Positions 39,501 through 50,822 are shown, counted from the first letter of the stretch. The stretch is 64,000 nucleotides of DNA from Perna viridis (GCA_037379345.1 CM074513.1:36514885-36578884), one strand, 5' to 3'. The notes: a model not told the origin generated them from the letters alone. Made by a program: numbers and translations.

Positions 39501-40830
39501 ATTGGTTTACTTATTGGTCCGAGGCTAGCCATATTGGACTGAGGCGTAGCCAAGTCCAATATTTCTAACCGAGGATCAATAACTCAGCCAATATTGAAAA
39601 CCGTACGCAATTATACCTTTATTGACTAACTAGTTCAATACACTTGGCCAATATGGATTTTAACCAGTCCAATGCGACGTATTGGACGGGTAAAAGCCGT
39701 ATTGGACGGTTAGATTCCGTATTGGCGCACTTTTGTATTTTGTATTGTATTGACATTTTTTATCATATTTAGGATAATATTCAAACATTAGTCAATAAAG
39801 ATAATTATTAATTTACACGAACGATTATGTTTGTTTCGTAGGACCTTCGTGCCATGTTCTCGGTTTCGCCGGCGTGTGTCCGTCTGCCTGTTGCATTTAA
39901 TTTTTTACGCCTGTCCCAAGTCAGCACTGTCTGGCCCCTCTGTTAGTCTTTTTTTCTACTTCAGTCTTAAATCGCATTGCTAATATAGTGTGAAAATGCT
40001 GATGTAGTCTGAAAATACATGTACTAATATTTCGCTGGTCCTGCGTGCAATGTTATCCTTTGTCGTGAGGTTTTTCTCGGCGGAGCCGCAGTTCATTGAG
40101 ACACTTTCTTGTCGTGGATTAATATTTTTCACCATGGTTGTTTGCAGCTACATGCTACCCATGGGATCGATGAAAAATAGAAAAGCTCATTGGAGCATTG
40201 TGATAAAGGTAGACAAAGTCATTGAAATTATGCGTATCGACAAGACAACATTTAGTTCAGTCAGAGCCTTAACTATACATGTACTATTATATCAGTCAAA
40301 ATTCAAACGGAGTCGCATGAAATATGTTTTAACTAACAGCAATTGAAGTGCCAGGATATGGAAACAAAAAAACACACATACGTTAAAAATTGTTTAAGTT
40401 TAGAATCCAAATTAAATACAGTATTTACCTCCACGTTAAAACTGGTATTAAGTATATTATAAAGTTCAACCAGACTGTCCAGGACGACAGCTTCAGGCAC
40501 GTCCAGCATTGGGTTTATTTTGATGACTTTTGATGACAGACAGTGCTCGCAATATGACGAGGAAGTGGCACAGTCTAATTTCATGCTTAGAAACATCACA
40601 CAGAACATATATTCTGGAATAATAATTTTGCAATGTATGATATTTATACATAACAGTTAATGATAACATCTGGATAAAAAATAGTCTCGTTGTTAATTTC
40701 ATGCGGAACTAGACCTTTTTTTCGCAAGCAAAAATATTCGGAAAAGGTGTGTGGAATATAAAGGCCACTCTTAATTCAACTAGTTCATATTTTTTATGAA
40801 AATAACATTAATGATTTTACCTTTTAGCAT
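30565..40830 (-). CDS. Orphan 5-exon gene, 297-aa possibly secreted protein with Lys/Arg-rich C-terminal tail
   Basis: Exons on the minus strand: 40830-40821, 40613-40382, 35803-35734, 31677-31603, 31071-30565. All four introns are GT-AG (donors gtaaaa, gtatgt, gtaagt, gtaagt). Phases 1,2,0,0 join into an uninterrupted 894-nt ORF. Confidence 0.65.
31274..31493. mobile_element. hAT-like MITE, second copy, in the last intron of the orphan gene
   Basis: Highly similar to 21508-21768 with the same TIRs. Confidence 0.8.
32105..33865 (+). mobile_element. Degenerate non-LTR retrotransposon (LINE) ORF2 fragment
   Basis: Broken frames encode SAIDYVF (APE endonuclease end), [40 protein letters not shown], and KQ.CVL.P..FSV.MNDL. 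Confidence 0.85.
33890..35635 (-). mobile_element. LINE (CR1/L2-like group) RT fragment, 5'-truncated
   Basis: [44 protein letters not shown], and a C-terminal CRIC....DEYH...C knuckle. It lies tail-to-tail with the + strand LINE. Confidence 0.9.
35848..36115 (-). repeat. tRNA-derived module (A box TGGCCGAGTGG, B box GAGTTCGAGTC) associated with the Penelope-like element
   Basis: Minus strand reads AGCCTAGCTGGCCGAGTGGTCTAGGGCGCTGG...GTACGAGTTCGAGTCCCGCGGAGG. Partial copies on + at 36168-36320 and 8171-8370. Confidence 0.7.
37962..38015 (+). ncRNA. Hammerhead-ribozyme-like core in the 3' region of the Penelope-like element
   Basis: CTGAAGA-a-GGATA-tcagt-TATCC-GAAA followed by an AATTTA/TAAATT stem III. 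Stem I pairing is poor. Minimal hammerheads are established features of Penelope terminal repeats. Confidence 0.5.
39480..39808. repeat. Interspersed repeat with nested inverted repeats (TATTGGAC units), possibly Crypton-derived
   Basis: ATTGCGTA...TACGCAAT and CTTTATTGACTAA...TTAGTCAATAAAG inverted pairs. Confidence 0.45.
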
Positions 40831-41659
40831 CTTCGACGTTTAGAACTGTCACAGATTTGATGAACAAATGTGGAAACAAAGGAGCAGATTTGTAGTATGC
40901 TATTTCTTATATACGGAAAGAAATATATTATTAGAAAACGGATTTTCCAAACTCTGGTGTTTCTGACTTCAAAAGTTTTGATTTAAATCCAGATGTAGCT
41001 AAGTTTCGATGAGAACTTTTTTTTCTAATTTGCGGACCAATCGTAAGGCTGGAGGATTTCCCGATCTATTATTAGAAGTTAACCGGAATCGATAACAATT
41101 ACTTAAATAGAACACAGAGTCAATTTGCCGTTTTTACATTAAGAACTTAGTTTTTATATCCATCCCAACCCTACCGGTTTGAAGAATGGGGGTATATATA
41201 CTATAAAATAATAAATACCGGCCGTTCCACATGCATTTGCCTGTGGGTCGTTTGTCCTTACGTCCGTTATTCCGAATTTCATCTTTCCCTGTAGCCCTCC
41301 TTTTTGTTTAGATATTAATATTTCGGGTTAGGTCAGAACAATATACCAAACAAAGGGATTTTGTCAGTACCACGGAGCACCACACTTCAAATACTTCTAA
41401 TGGTCGTGCAGGTTACACGTCCCTATGCGGTCCTGTATGAGTGGCCGTTCATGTCAACATAGCGTCATTTTCATCTAGATCTATATACTTCTAACGTGTA
41501 TCTAGATACTACTAACAAGTATCTAGATGCTTCGCATAACTATCGAGATGCTTCTTACAAGTACATTTGCATCTAGATACACAAAAGCTCCTCACGAGTA
41601 TCTAGATACTTTGCAAAAGCATCTAAATGCTTCGCACAACTATCTAGATACTTTTCACA

Positions 41660-42096
41660 AATTGAATTTCTAATATTTAACAAAACGATTTTTTAATATT
41701 AGAAATTGATTTTCTAATATTAGAAAATAGGTTTGTTGTATTCAATTACAACTTTTTAATATTAGAAAACCATTTCGTAATATTAAAAAATGTGATTGAT
41801 TTTCCAATATTTCAAAGTGAGTTTCTAATAATACAAATTCGTTTTCTAATATTACAAATTCATTTTCTAATATTACAAATTCAATTTGTAATATTACAAA
41901 ATGTGTGATGTTTTATAATATAATTACTAAATCAGGAATATGTAATATTAGAAAATGAATTTTTAATAATACAAAATATTTTTAATATTAAAAAATCTTT
42001 TCTAATATTAAAAAAATGATTTTGTAATATTAAAAATTCAAATTCTATTATTACAAAATACATATGATTGATTTTTGCCCACTTTGGCTTGCCATA
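41660..42096. repeat. Array of TAATATTAGAAA-type repeats ending in CCACTTTGGCTTGCCATA (end of a second non-autonomous TIR element)
   Basis: Many degenerate TTCTAATATTA(G/C)AAA units. The same array type and terminal 18-mer recur at about 53910-54011, with partial arrays at 50830-50880 and 53320-53410. Confidence 0.6.
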
Positions 42097-43373
42097 GAGA
42101 AACATCTAGATACTTGTTAGTAGTATCTAGATAGTTGTGAGAAGTATATAGATATATTCGATTAACGTAGGTATATCCCGATCAACAAAGGACTCAAAGA
42201 CAAACGAAATACAAAATCAAGAAGAAACCAAAACAAATAAGAACAACACTAATCGTTGTAAAATTGAAGTCTAAACGCTTCCAAAATTTGACAGAATGAT
42301 GTAATTCCTATTTCATTTAGAAAATTCTCGAACTTGAAAGTCTGTTATCAACAATATTTTGTTATGAAAATGCAATGAGTTGTGCTCATGGCAATGTATG
42401 CGGCGGATATAAATTTTCTGCTTCCACATTCGTACAAAGAAATGACATTGATATATAGACGAACCCATTTTCCGCTTAATGAAAGACCGAAGACTTCTAT
42501 TCCTGTTTATATGTACCATGCATATGTATATTCATTTTAAACTGCATTTACCGAGATTTCATTAGATTTAGTGGTATTTTATTGTTTTTTTGTTTTTGTT
42601 TTTTTCCCTGCCTATACTCTAGAATAGTTATTTTCTTGTCGTTACCTTTTGATTCTTCCCCCAACGAAGCTGTACTGACTATGATATCAGTTCTAAGAAT
42701 AGTGCGATCGGCCACATCGTAGATAAAGTATATATAACGCTCGTACATTTTTTCTCAATTTTATACACCGTCTGTTGTTAAAATCTAACCATGAGAAGAA
42801 TCTCAGACATAAGGTCTATCTGATTAATCAGGAACATATATTAGTACACTCCCCGGATTAATCCAATGAGAAAGTGACCGCTAAAAGGTTATGAAGACTA
42901 TTTTAGGCATATTTCCCTTGTCTCTTCTACGAAAAACTCTTCTATATTTGCAAGGTGCTTCTGGGGCTTCGCCCCTGGGACCGAATGGGGCACTAAGCAA
43001 TCTAGGTCCGTGACTTGTGTATGTGTGAGTCCCAATTTGACTTGAAAAAAACTCTGTTATACTACACAAATCGCACGCGTGTGTCGTGAAAAGTGATCCA
43101 CTGGCTTATATCAAGTCTGCTTACATAATACTTAGTATGTATATAATTATATTGATTAACAAGTTTATTTTCGTAAAATCATAGTCAAGTAGCATCTTTC
43201 GATAAGATGTAATGAAATCAAAATTTACTGTCGTCAACGAAGTATGCACCAGACTCGAATCAGAATTACAAATTATCACATTTTAGTAAGTTCTTATCCA
43301 TTATGTTTAGAACAGGTTAAATCCTATATAAACGGGAATTTGATTGGCTGACAGATTTGCAAAACTTAAAATG

Positions 43374-43507
43374 TATCGGCTTACTTTTCTAAAAGTAAGC
43401 CGATACTTTTTACTTTATGCATAAAGTTATTTCTATCGGCTTACTTTTCAAAAGTAAGTCGATACTTTTAAAAGTAAGCTGATACTTGTTGAAAGTAAGC
43501 CGATAGA
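43374..43507. repeat. Inverted/tandem array of TATCGGCTTACTTT / AAAGTAAGCCGATA, interrupted by the Sola insertion
   Basis: About six copies of a 14-bp motif in both orientations directly abutting the left TSD. Confidence 0.7.
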
Positions 43508-46500
43508 CAGTCATTCCCAAATAATGGGTACAATTACATAATTACAGTGTCGCCGGCAATATTCCATAAATTACCAGCTTAAAATTTGTTTCGGAGAAGT
43601 TTCTTTTTTGTTCTTAGAAGTTGGAATATATACTAACATAAAATTATATTTCGTGGTGATGTAAATCGTAAATAATTTTGTGTGATTTTAACATCCATTA
43701 TCCGGAAATCACTCCAAATACGAATGTCGCTTAGAAAAAGTCCAAATGTAGGTGTGAAATTAACATCCTTCTTTTCATCCAATTCATATAAACTTTCCAT
43801 TTTTATTTTACACCATATTATATTTTAATTATATATTACTTTCTTCATCGCATGATGTTGAATACACTTTGACCAAGAAACTAAATCAATGTCGCCGATA
43901 AACGTATAACCTACCATAACGAATGTTGAGGTACGGGCAGGAAATATTCATATGACAAGAAAACCTGATTCATATGACTTTAAGAAGTGTTGATATATTA
44001 ATTTTTTAAATGCTACCTCTAACTTTTGTTACAAGGTTATGAAAATTGAAAAAAATACTTTTTGTTCTGTATTTTCCCATTGTCGCATATAAGAACCTAA
44101 CCTACGTTACGCATAATTTTGTAACATATTTTCAAGGACAACTCATATGATTCAAAGTTTCTTTAAAATACACATAATTCTTCTCAAGAATCAGTTTTAT
44201 GAAAGCAAATCAAGAAAATTGTTGCATATATCCAAATTAATAATAATAAACCTAACCTCCGTTTTAATAACCTCCGTTACGCAGTTGTTACCGGACCTTT
44301 TTATCGGTATCAACGGCTGTTGACACCGCCGGAAGTCATTTTTGTAGCAGACAGCTTTTGTTGAAAATAATACAGCACGACAAAAGAAAGATATAAAGAA
44401 TATTTTTATCGATTTTTGAAAGGTAAGTTTGCTCATTTATTCCCCATGATGCAAGAAACATTAAAACGTACAATAAACGTTTTCTCAGCCATTTTCTCAT
44501 ATATAAGACTCTACAACACAACTTTGCTAAAATACGACGACTTTCACAACTTCAATAGCGGTGTATAGCCAATATTATCCAGATTTTCGAGACTTCATGA
44601 ATGTTACGGAGGTTATGCTAATAATAAAAAAAATTTAACATGCATACACGAAAATAACAATTAAAAATTTGTTTACATTGTTACAGATCCCGTTTTAGTC
44701 AATCAATTACCACCTATGAGTATCAAATATTGATGCCTTTCATTAACAACACTTTTGATATACGTTACGGAGGATAGAAATTAAAAAAAAATTAATCATT
44801 TGTTCCAGGCAAGACTTAATTCTCCTATGGTTACGATAATCGAAGAATATTTTTTGTTCCATTGTCTTGATAGTCATTACATTGAAATACTAACTGTGAT
44901 ATATACGTTCGATGTTGGTAAGTGCTCGAATTTGCCGTTATGGAGGTTTTTAATTTCGTTACGGAGGATAGAAAAAAAATATATGATTATCGATTGACGC
45001 CTATGCTTCATAGTGGAGTATAAATACATTATAATATCTATGTAGGTGCGGGCACGCGAGTGTATGAGTATTATGCATGTCCCCCAGATTAGTTGCGCAT
45101 GTGCGTGTATGAAAACAAGCCTGTTCATTTCGTTCTATTTTTATTTTCAGACAATGCCACTGAGTAATGCAGAGAGACAGAGACGTTATAGGGAGAAACA
45201 AAAAGCAAAAAACCCAGTTACATATCTCAAGAAAGAAGCTCAAAGGAAAAGAGAAACATATATTCCATCGAATTTACTTTCCCCCGCTGCATTAAAGAAA
45301 AGACGAGAAGAGCTATGTAAGAAGTCAAAGCGACATTACAAGAAAGTAAAAAGAGTCAAAAATGATACGATCGAAGTTGCAAGACCTTCCTCCTCATTAA
45401 CAATGATAGTCAAATTGCCAATCAACAACATAAACAAGGGAAAACAAGTGAGAAAAACATATCGGAGGTCGTTGAGAACAGCGTACAGGAAAAATAATGA
45501 ACTGTTAGGAAAGAATTCAGAACTGGAAAGAAAGAATAAAAGGTTACAGAAAAGAATTGAGCGTTTGAACAAGAAGAAACCCTCGATGACGTTGACATCT
45601 ACAGATGCAGAGGACGCAGACATTTCAAGTTTGGATAGTTCTATCAATAACGAAAGAATACCTATCAATGAAATGACCCCTAGAAGCAAAACAAGAACAG
45701 AAGTAAACTCCTTGCAGCTAGATAGGAAAAGGGCAGCACAAGTTAGAAAACAACTCTTACTTTCTAACACAGTACTTCATAGCATTAGGTCATCAGTACA
45801 GCAGAAAAAGAAGAAAGGGGTTAAATCAGTCTGGTCCGGGTTGATGTCAAGATATCGGTGTGCATCTGCCTTGAGTAGATCACTTGGGGTAAACAGAAAG
45901 AAAGTTAATGATTTGTCAAAAGAGAGGAAAGGCAAAGCTATGTCCGAACAGGTGAAGGGCGTGGTAATTGAATTCTTAGAGAGAGAAGATAACAGCACTA
46001 CACTACCAGGGAAAAAAGACACTAAAACGACAAATAAAGAAACTAAGCAGAAGCATGTTTTGTCAGATTATGTAATGAACCTGTACGAAAAGTTCAAGCT
46101 CGAAAACCCAGAAATTCAGATGTCGAGAACGGTCTTTTATAAGTTAAGACCACCGCATATAATTCTCGCAGATTTTGCCAACAGAAAAACCTGTCTGTGC
46201 TCTAAACATCAGAACCTGGCTTTGAAAATAAAGGGTCTAAACAATGTAGGCTTGAGGTGCTCCAAAAATCCTGATATGCTCATCAAGGAGTTCACCATCA
46301 ATGAGGAGATCTTAGAACAGATAAACTCGCTGGAATCTACTACAATCAAGTTCACTCAGTGGAAGAGAGTTCCAGATGGAACGAAAATGAGGTTTAAAGA
46401 AATAGAAGAAACAGTAACAAAAGCAGACTTCTGCGTCAAATTTGATAAAGATCTGACAGAATTCAGGGATCACGTTGATAGAGTTCATACCCAATACAGT

Positions 46501-48676
46501 CAGCTCAAAACCCTTCGCGAAAACCTTCCAGAGAATGAAGTTTTAATATGGATGGATTTTGCGGAAAACTTTGGCTGTGTCTCAGTTGAAGAGGTACAAT
46601 CAGCTTACTGGAATGCTGCCATGATATCTCTGCATACTATGGTAGTTTATTATCCTACTGGTACGGACAACAAAATACAGAGCTATGTTGCTGCTTCAGA
46701 TGTTCTGTCACACAATGCTACAGCAGTCTACACAATCCTTAAAAAAATGATAGCTATCATGAAAGAAGACAATCCAAACCTCAAAAGAATACATTACCTA
46801 AGCGATTCCCCGACAAGTCAGTATAGGAATAAAACAATATTCCAGTTTATTGCAATGCACGATCAGGAATTTGGAATGTCAGCTCGATGGAGCTACCTTG
46901 AAAGTGGTCATGGCAAGGGGCCATGTGACGGGCTTGGCGCAAGTGTCAAGAGAGCTGCGGATAATGCCGTCAAGCAAGGCAAGAGGTCGATTCAGTCTGC
47001 AGACGATTTTATGATATGGGCTACTGGAGCTCGGGAATCTGGGAGTAGAGTGAAATACATATCTTACAACCAGGAGGATTATGATAACTCAGAGAAGATT
47101 TTGTCGGAAAGAATTACACCTGTTGCTGTCAAAGGAACATTCAAAATTCACTATGTCATAGGAAATGGAATAACCGAAGTATATACAAGAAATACGTCAT
47201 GCTATTGTAAGGAATGTATTGCTGATATTTCTACATCAACATGTGTAGGGTACACGCTTCATCGACTTGTAAAGGACAGTGGTAACGAGGGCATTGTAGA
47301 AGCTCTGGCAAGTTCAGATCAAGAGGGAGAAACAGGAGAAGGAAGAAATCTAGAAGGAGTAGAAATAAACAGACACCAGCAGGAGACTGTTGCGCTAGAT
47401 AAACTTTCGAAAGAAACTTGGGTTGCAGCAATGTACCAACGAAAATGGTACATAGGACAAGTTATAGATTTAGATCAAAATGATGAAGAAGTCAATGTGA
47501 AGTTTATGACACAGGCTGGTCGATATGGGGAGAGCTTCAAATGGCCAAAGGAAGATGACATAATCTGGATAAAATTGGAGCACATTTTATGTGTTATTGT
47601 GTCTCCTCCTAAACCATCGGGGAAAAGGATAAAAACTTATACCATCCCATTAGATGACTTGAAGAAAATCGAGATCCTCGCTAAAACACATGCCTAAAAA
47701 ACTTTGATGTACTTGTCATTCCAAACATGTTATTGTGATGTTTTGGTAATATATGTGAATTAAATGAGAAAAAATAACCTCCGTAACACGAAAATATAAT
47801 TGAAAATAATATATTTCGTCTTAATGTCATTGCAAGTTATATAAATTTGTCTAATATGGCCAGTAAAATATCACTGTTGGTTACAAGAAATATCAAATTA
47901 ACGATATTAAGTTAAGATAAAACAATCTCGTGAATGTTCATGAATCGTTACGGAGATTATTGCATAAAAGGTCCTTTTAATTTAAAAATACATATAATTT
48001 GATATAAAAAAACAGTTGTCTAGTTTGTATCTTGTCTGTGAGTTGTTGTAAAATGTACGCAATAAATATTTGAATGTTACTTTGTATCAACATTTGCATA
48101 CTGTTTTTTTCTTAACCTCCGTAACAAAGTTGGGCATGTGGATATGCCACATGAAACATGCGCAATAGTAATTCAAAACATATTTATTAGATCATTTTGG
48201 AAAGCTGTAATATGAAACTATAATAATATACAATAAGACCTTTTTATATGTTAAAATTCATTACTTCTCTAGTACTGCAAACTTGTAATATGAATTAATT
48301 ATAAAAAAAACTCTCTTGATTCAGACATTTTATTTGTTTATTTCTTTCTATACATTGCAGAATAATACCATTAATTATTTTGTTATGGTGGTATATGTAA
48401 GCCTTTTCACATGAGCCTTGATAAACATCATGTGTTCCTCTTCTTTAATTATTAAGGCTGACTTTATAAAACACTAACTTCCGTAACGTTCACATCTACC
48501 TTAACATCTTAAAAATTCTATAACTTGAAAACTGCTTTGATGGTGCGAGTGAAATTTTGGAAATTGACAGACCAGATATAGATACAAAATGGTATACCAT
48601 TTGTCCCTCTGTTCAGTTGACATTTATTTTTATCAGTTTCTACAATCTAATTGTACCCATTATTTGGGAATGACTG
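43508..48676 (+). mobile_element. Full-length autonomous DNA transposon, Sola (Sola2-like)
   Basis: Perfect 29-bp TIRs CAGTCATTCCCAAATAATGGGTACAATTA (43508-43536 and 48648-48676). 4-bp TSD TAGA on both sides. Intact transposase ORF. Repeated subterminal GTTACGGAG motifs at both ends. Confidence 0.9.
45154..47697 (+). CDS. DDD transposase (Sola2-like), 847 aa
   Basis: ATG at 45154 follows a strong acceptor (ttattttcag, ending 45150). Basic N-terminus (AERQRRYR), TCLC..H, catalytic-type motifs MDFAEN...EVQSAYW, LSDSPTSQYRNK and GHGKGPCDG, a CYCKEC motif, and a C-terminal WVAAMY..KWYIGQV...FKWP..DDI.W domain. Confidence 0.88.
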   Translation: MPLSNAERQRRYREKQKAKNPVTYLKKEAQRKRETYIPSNLLSPAALKKRREELCKKSKRHYKKVKRVKNDTIEVARPSSSLTMIVKLPINNINKGKQVRKTYRRSLRTAYRKNNELLGKNSELERKNKRLQKRIERLNKKKPSMTLTSTDAEDADISSLDSSINNERIPINEMTPRSKTRTEVNSLQLDRKRAAQVRKQLLLSNTVLHSIRSSVQQKKKKGVKSVWSGLMSRYRCASALSRSLGVNRKKVNDLSKERKGKAMSEQVKGVVIEFLEREDNSTTLPGKKDTKTTNKETKQKHVLSDYVMNLYEKFKLENPEIQMSRTVFYKLRPPHIILADFANRKTCLCSKHQNLALKIKGLNNVGLRCSKNPDMLIKEFTINEEILEQINSLESTTIKFTQWKRVPDGTKMRFKEIEETVTKADFCVKFDKDLTEFRDHVDRVHTQYSQLKTLRENLPENEVLIWMDFAENFGCVSVEEVQSAYWNAAMISLHTMVVYYPTGTDNKIQSYVAASDVLSHNATAVYTILKKMIAIMKEDNPNLKRIHYLSDSPTSQYRNKTIFQFIAMHDQEFGMSARWSYLESGHGKGPCDGLGASVKRAADNAVKQGKRSIQSADDFMIWATGARESGSRVKYISYNQEDYDNSEKILSERITPVAVKGTFKIHYVIGNGITEVYTRNTSCYCKECIADISTSTCVGYTLHRLVKDSGNEGIVEALASSDQEGETGEGRNLEGVEINRHQQETVALDKLSKETWVAAMYQRKWYIGQVIDLDQNDEEVNVKFMTQAGRYGESFKWPKEDDIIWIKLEHILCVIVSPPKPSGKRIKTYTIPLDDLKKIEILAKTHA

Positions 48677-48819
48677 TAGAAATATCCCTATTATGACATG
48701 ATCTGCCAATCACACTAGATAAATGTTACTTAGAAGTATCTAACGCTATTTTGACATGAACGGCCACTCATAGTCCCGCCTAGCATTATTCTGGATTGAT
48801 TTTCATTTAGAGATATATG

Positions 48820-49395
48820 CTAATACATCCATAGTGAAAAGTTTGATTTCTTAACTCTCAGGCTCAAAATAATCAAGAATATAGAGGGCATGAGTAATGT
48901 CCTTGATATACGTGAGTGGGTTCTCCACGGTGGGCATGAAAATGTCGTGTAGAAAACTAGAAATGTATTCAGTAGGACAGCTAGGTTTCCCCGGGTTCCC
49001 AGTATATAGAAACGTGAAGTTCTGGGCTGAGATACAGCCATATCGGGAGCTTCTTTTGACAAATCCTGACTGTCTATTGATGTGGAAATTAATTCCTTGA
49101 TTATTTTCTGAATGTCTTTTGTATTATTAGGCCGGAGTTGGCGGAGGACGGTATGTTCCTCAGTAGTCAAGCTATGTCCCTTTATGGGTTTTGTATGTAA
49201 GTTGTCAATTTGGCTTTGACAAGTTCTAATGTACTGGTCAAGTGTGGGGAACCAGTTTGGTTTGGGGTGAAATCCCATTTTTTGCTGTTGAAATTGAGAA
49301 AATAAAGAGACAGTGGCGTTAGAGACTTCGGACCTGTCTTGACAGAAAAAATGTGCCTTTAATAAGATACGGCGGAAGAAATGCTGGAGGTCGGT
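48820..49395 (-). mobile_element. Degenerate Penelope-like ORF N-terminal fragment
   Basis: DL..FFRR..LKAHF, LD.YI, SLT.EE...L..L and PRTSRFYIL motifs typical of the pre-RT region. Confidence 0.6.
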
Positions 49396-50822
49396 CCCAG
49401 GCAGCATTCCTACGTTGGGCCAACGTTGGTTCAACGGACTCAATTACGTTGGGCCAACGTAGGGTACCCAACGTTGTAAGTGCAAAGAGAGCCAACGTTG
49501 GCCCAACGGAAGCAAACAATTGTTGGGCCAACGTTGGCTCAACGTAATACCAACACTGACCCAACGAATCCCCCATGTTGGCCAAAATAAGCCCAATGTT
49601 AACCAAACCATAAGGCCAGACGATTGTATTCCTTAAGATATAAGAACAAAATTCTATTATGTATTTCCTGGTCATGCCGCAGAGTGCTGATGCTGTACAC
49701 TCCTACAAAGTAAGGGCTCCCATTTCATCTCATTTTATCATATAAATTCTTTATAGTAAGAATATACCAGTGACAAGCTGATTGTAGTTTACAAGATTAA
49801 AACAGGAAAATCTATTATAAAATTAGCAGATACTATGAGCATTGGTATACTAATTATTGAAAATTTGCATTTTTTTGCATTGAATAGACATATGATAATA
49901 CCTGTCAATGTTTTGTGTTTAGGATGAATTTACATTGAAATTATGTATACGTTTGTTTAAAATGAGAGACAACTTTTGTTTTGAAAAGGTGTATTGTGGT
50001 ATCAGTTACAAAGCTGCATAAGGGGGAGATAATCATGTACACTGTTGTGATCATAGATTAGATTTGGTTATTCATAATAATTATTTTGTGTTTGTTAGTT
50101 CTAAATATTAGATACGAATACTTGTTGCATGAATATTAAACATGCAGTTAACAGATTCGAGAAAAGAGTCAATACTTGTTTGAAAGAAGTAAAATTATAT
50201 TAATATATATATATTAGTTTTTCAACGTTGGCCCAACTTAGTATCGCAGTTTAGATGCAACACAATATTTGCTTTCATACATCCTGATTTGCTTTCTAGT
50301 TTTACTTTCTTGAGACCGAAATACATTTTTGCATCAAGAATAATATTAGGTCTTTTTAACATGTTTGTTACCAAAGTCGTTTCAACGTTGGTTAAATCTT
50401 GGTTCAGTGTTGGCTCACTGTTGGCTCTGGGTTGGACAAATGTAGAATAATGCAAATAATGTAATAATGGTTTTGATTTAAAAATCAAAATTTAGCAATA
50501 CTCTTACGCAGAATTCTAAAACAAGTTTTTAAAGAGAAACATAAAAATGAAATGGTTTTTCAAATATAGTAGGGCCAACGTTGGGCCAACGTAGAACCTT
50601 TTTATGTTATGACAGAATTTAAAATTTCAAAATGTCGTATTTAATCATTTTTTTGTCAAGTAAAAGCCATTTTGGCTAAAAATAAATCGAGAAGAAATAT
50701 TTCCATAACTACGGACTACAACATTGGGCCAACGTTGCCCAACGTTGTCTTGCCAACGCCAATTATAAGCCAACGATCCAACCATAAGCCAACGTTGGCC
50801 CAACGGAGGCATGCTGTCTGGG
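49396..50822. mobile_element. Non-autonomous CACTA/EnSpm-like element
   Basis: TIRs CCCAGGCAGCAT / ATGCTGTCTGGG, 2-bp TSD GT, and clustered subterminal CCAACGTTGG palindromes at both ends. Confidence 0.8.

Larger units (their letters stand above)
41436..48772. mobile_element. Non-autonomous TIR element, IS3EU-like, hosting nested insertions
   Basis: 30-bp TIRs TATGAGTGGCCGTTCATGTCAA(C/A)ATAGCGT at 41436-41465 and 48743-48772 (29/30 match). 6-bp flanks GTCCTG / GTCCCG. Internal TATCTAGATA repeats. TAY termini with a 6-bp TSD match IS3EU as I recall the family definition. Confidence 0.7.

Noticed and set aside
4169-40830. Functional cluster of iRhom (a shedding regulator), GPCR and candidate cytokine
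   Set aside because: Adjacency in an animal genome is not evidence of a shared pathway; conserved synteny and co-expression would be needed.
41470-42150. TATCTAGATA and TAATATTAGAAA arrays as CRISPR or iterons
   Set aside because: Degenerate internal repeats of non-autonomous TEs in a eukaryotic context.
45046-45153. N-terminal extension of the transposase from the GTG start in the ORF track
   Set aside because: It runs through a polypyrimidine tract and acceptor ending at 45150; ATG 45154 is the more plausible start.
49396-49600. CCAACGTTGG palindromic repeats resembling a CRISPR array
   Set aside because: Repeats are short with irregular spacing, lie inside TIRs with a 2-bp TSD, and there are no cas genes; they are subterminal repeats of a DNA transposon.
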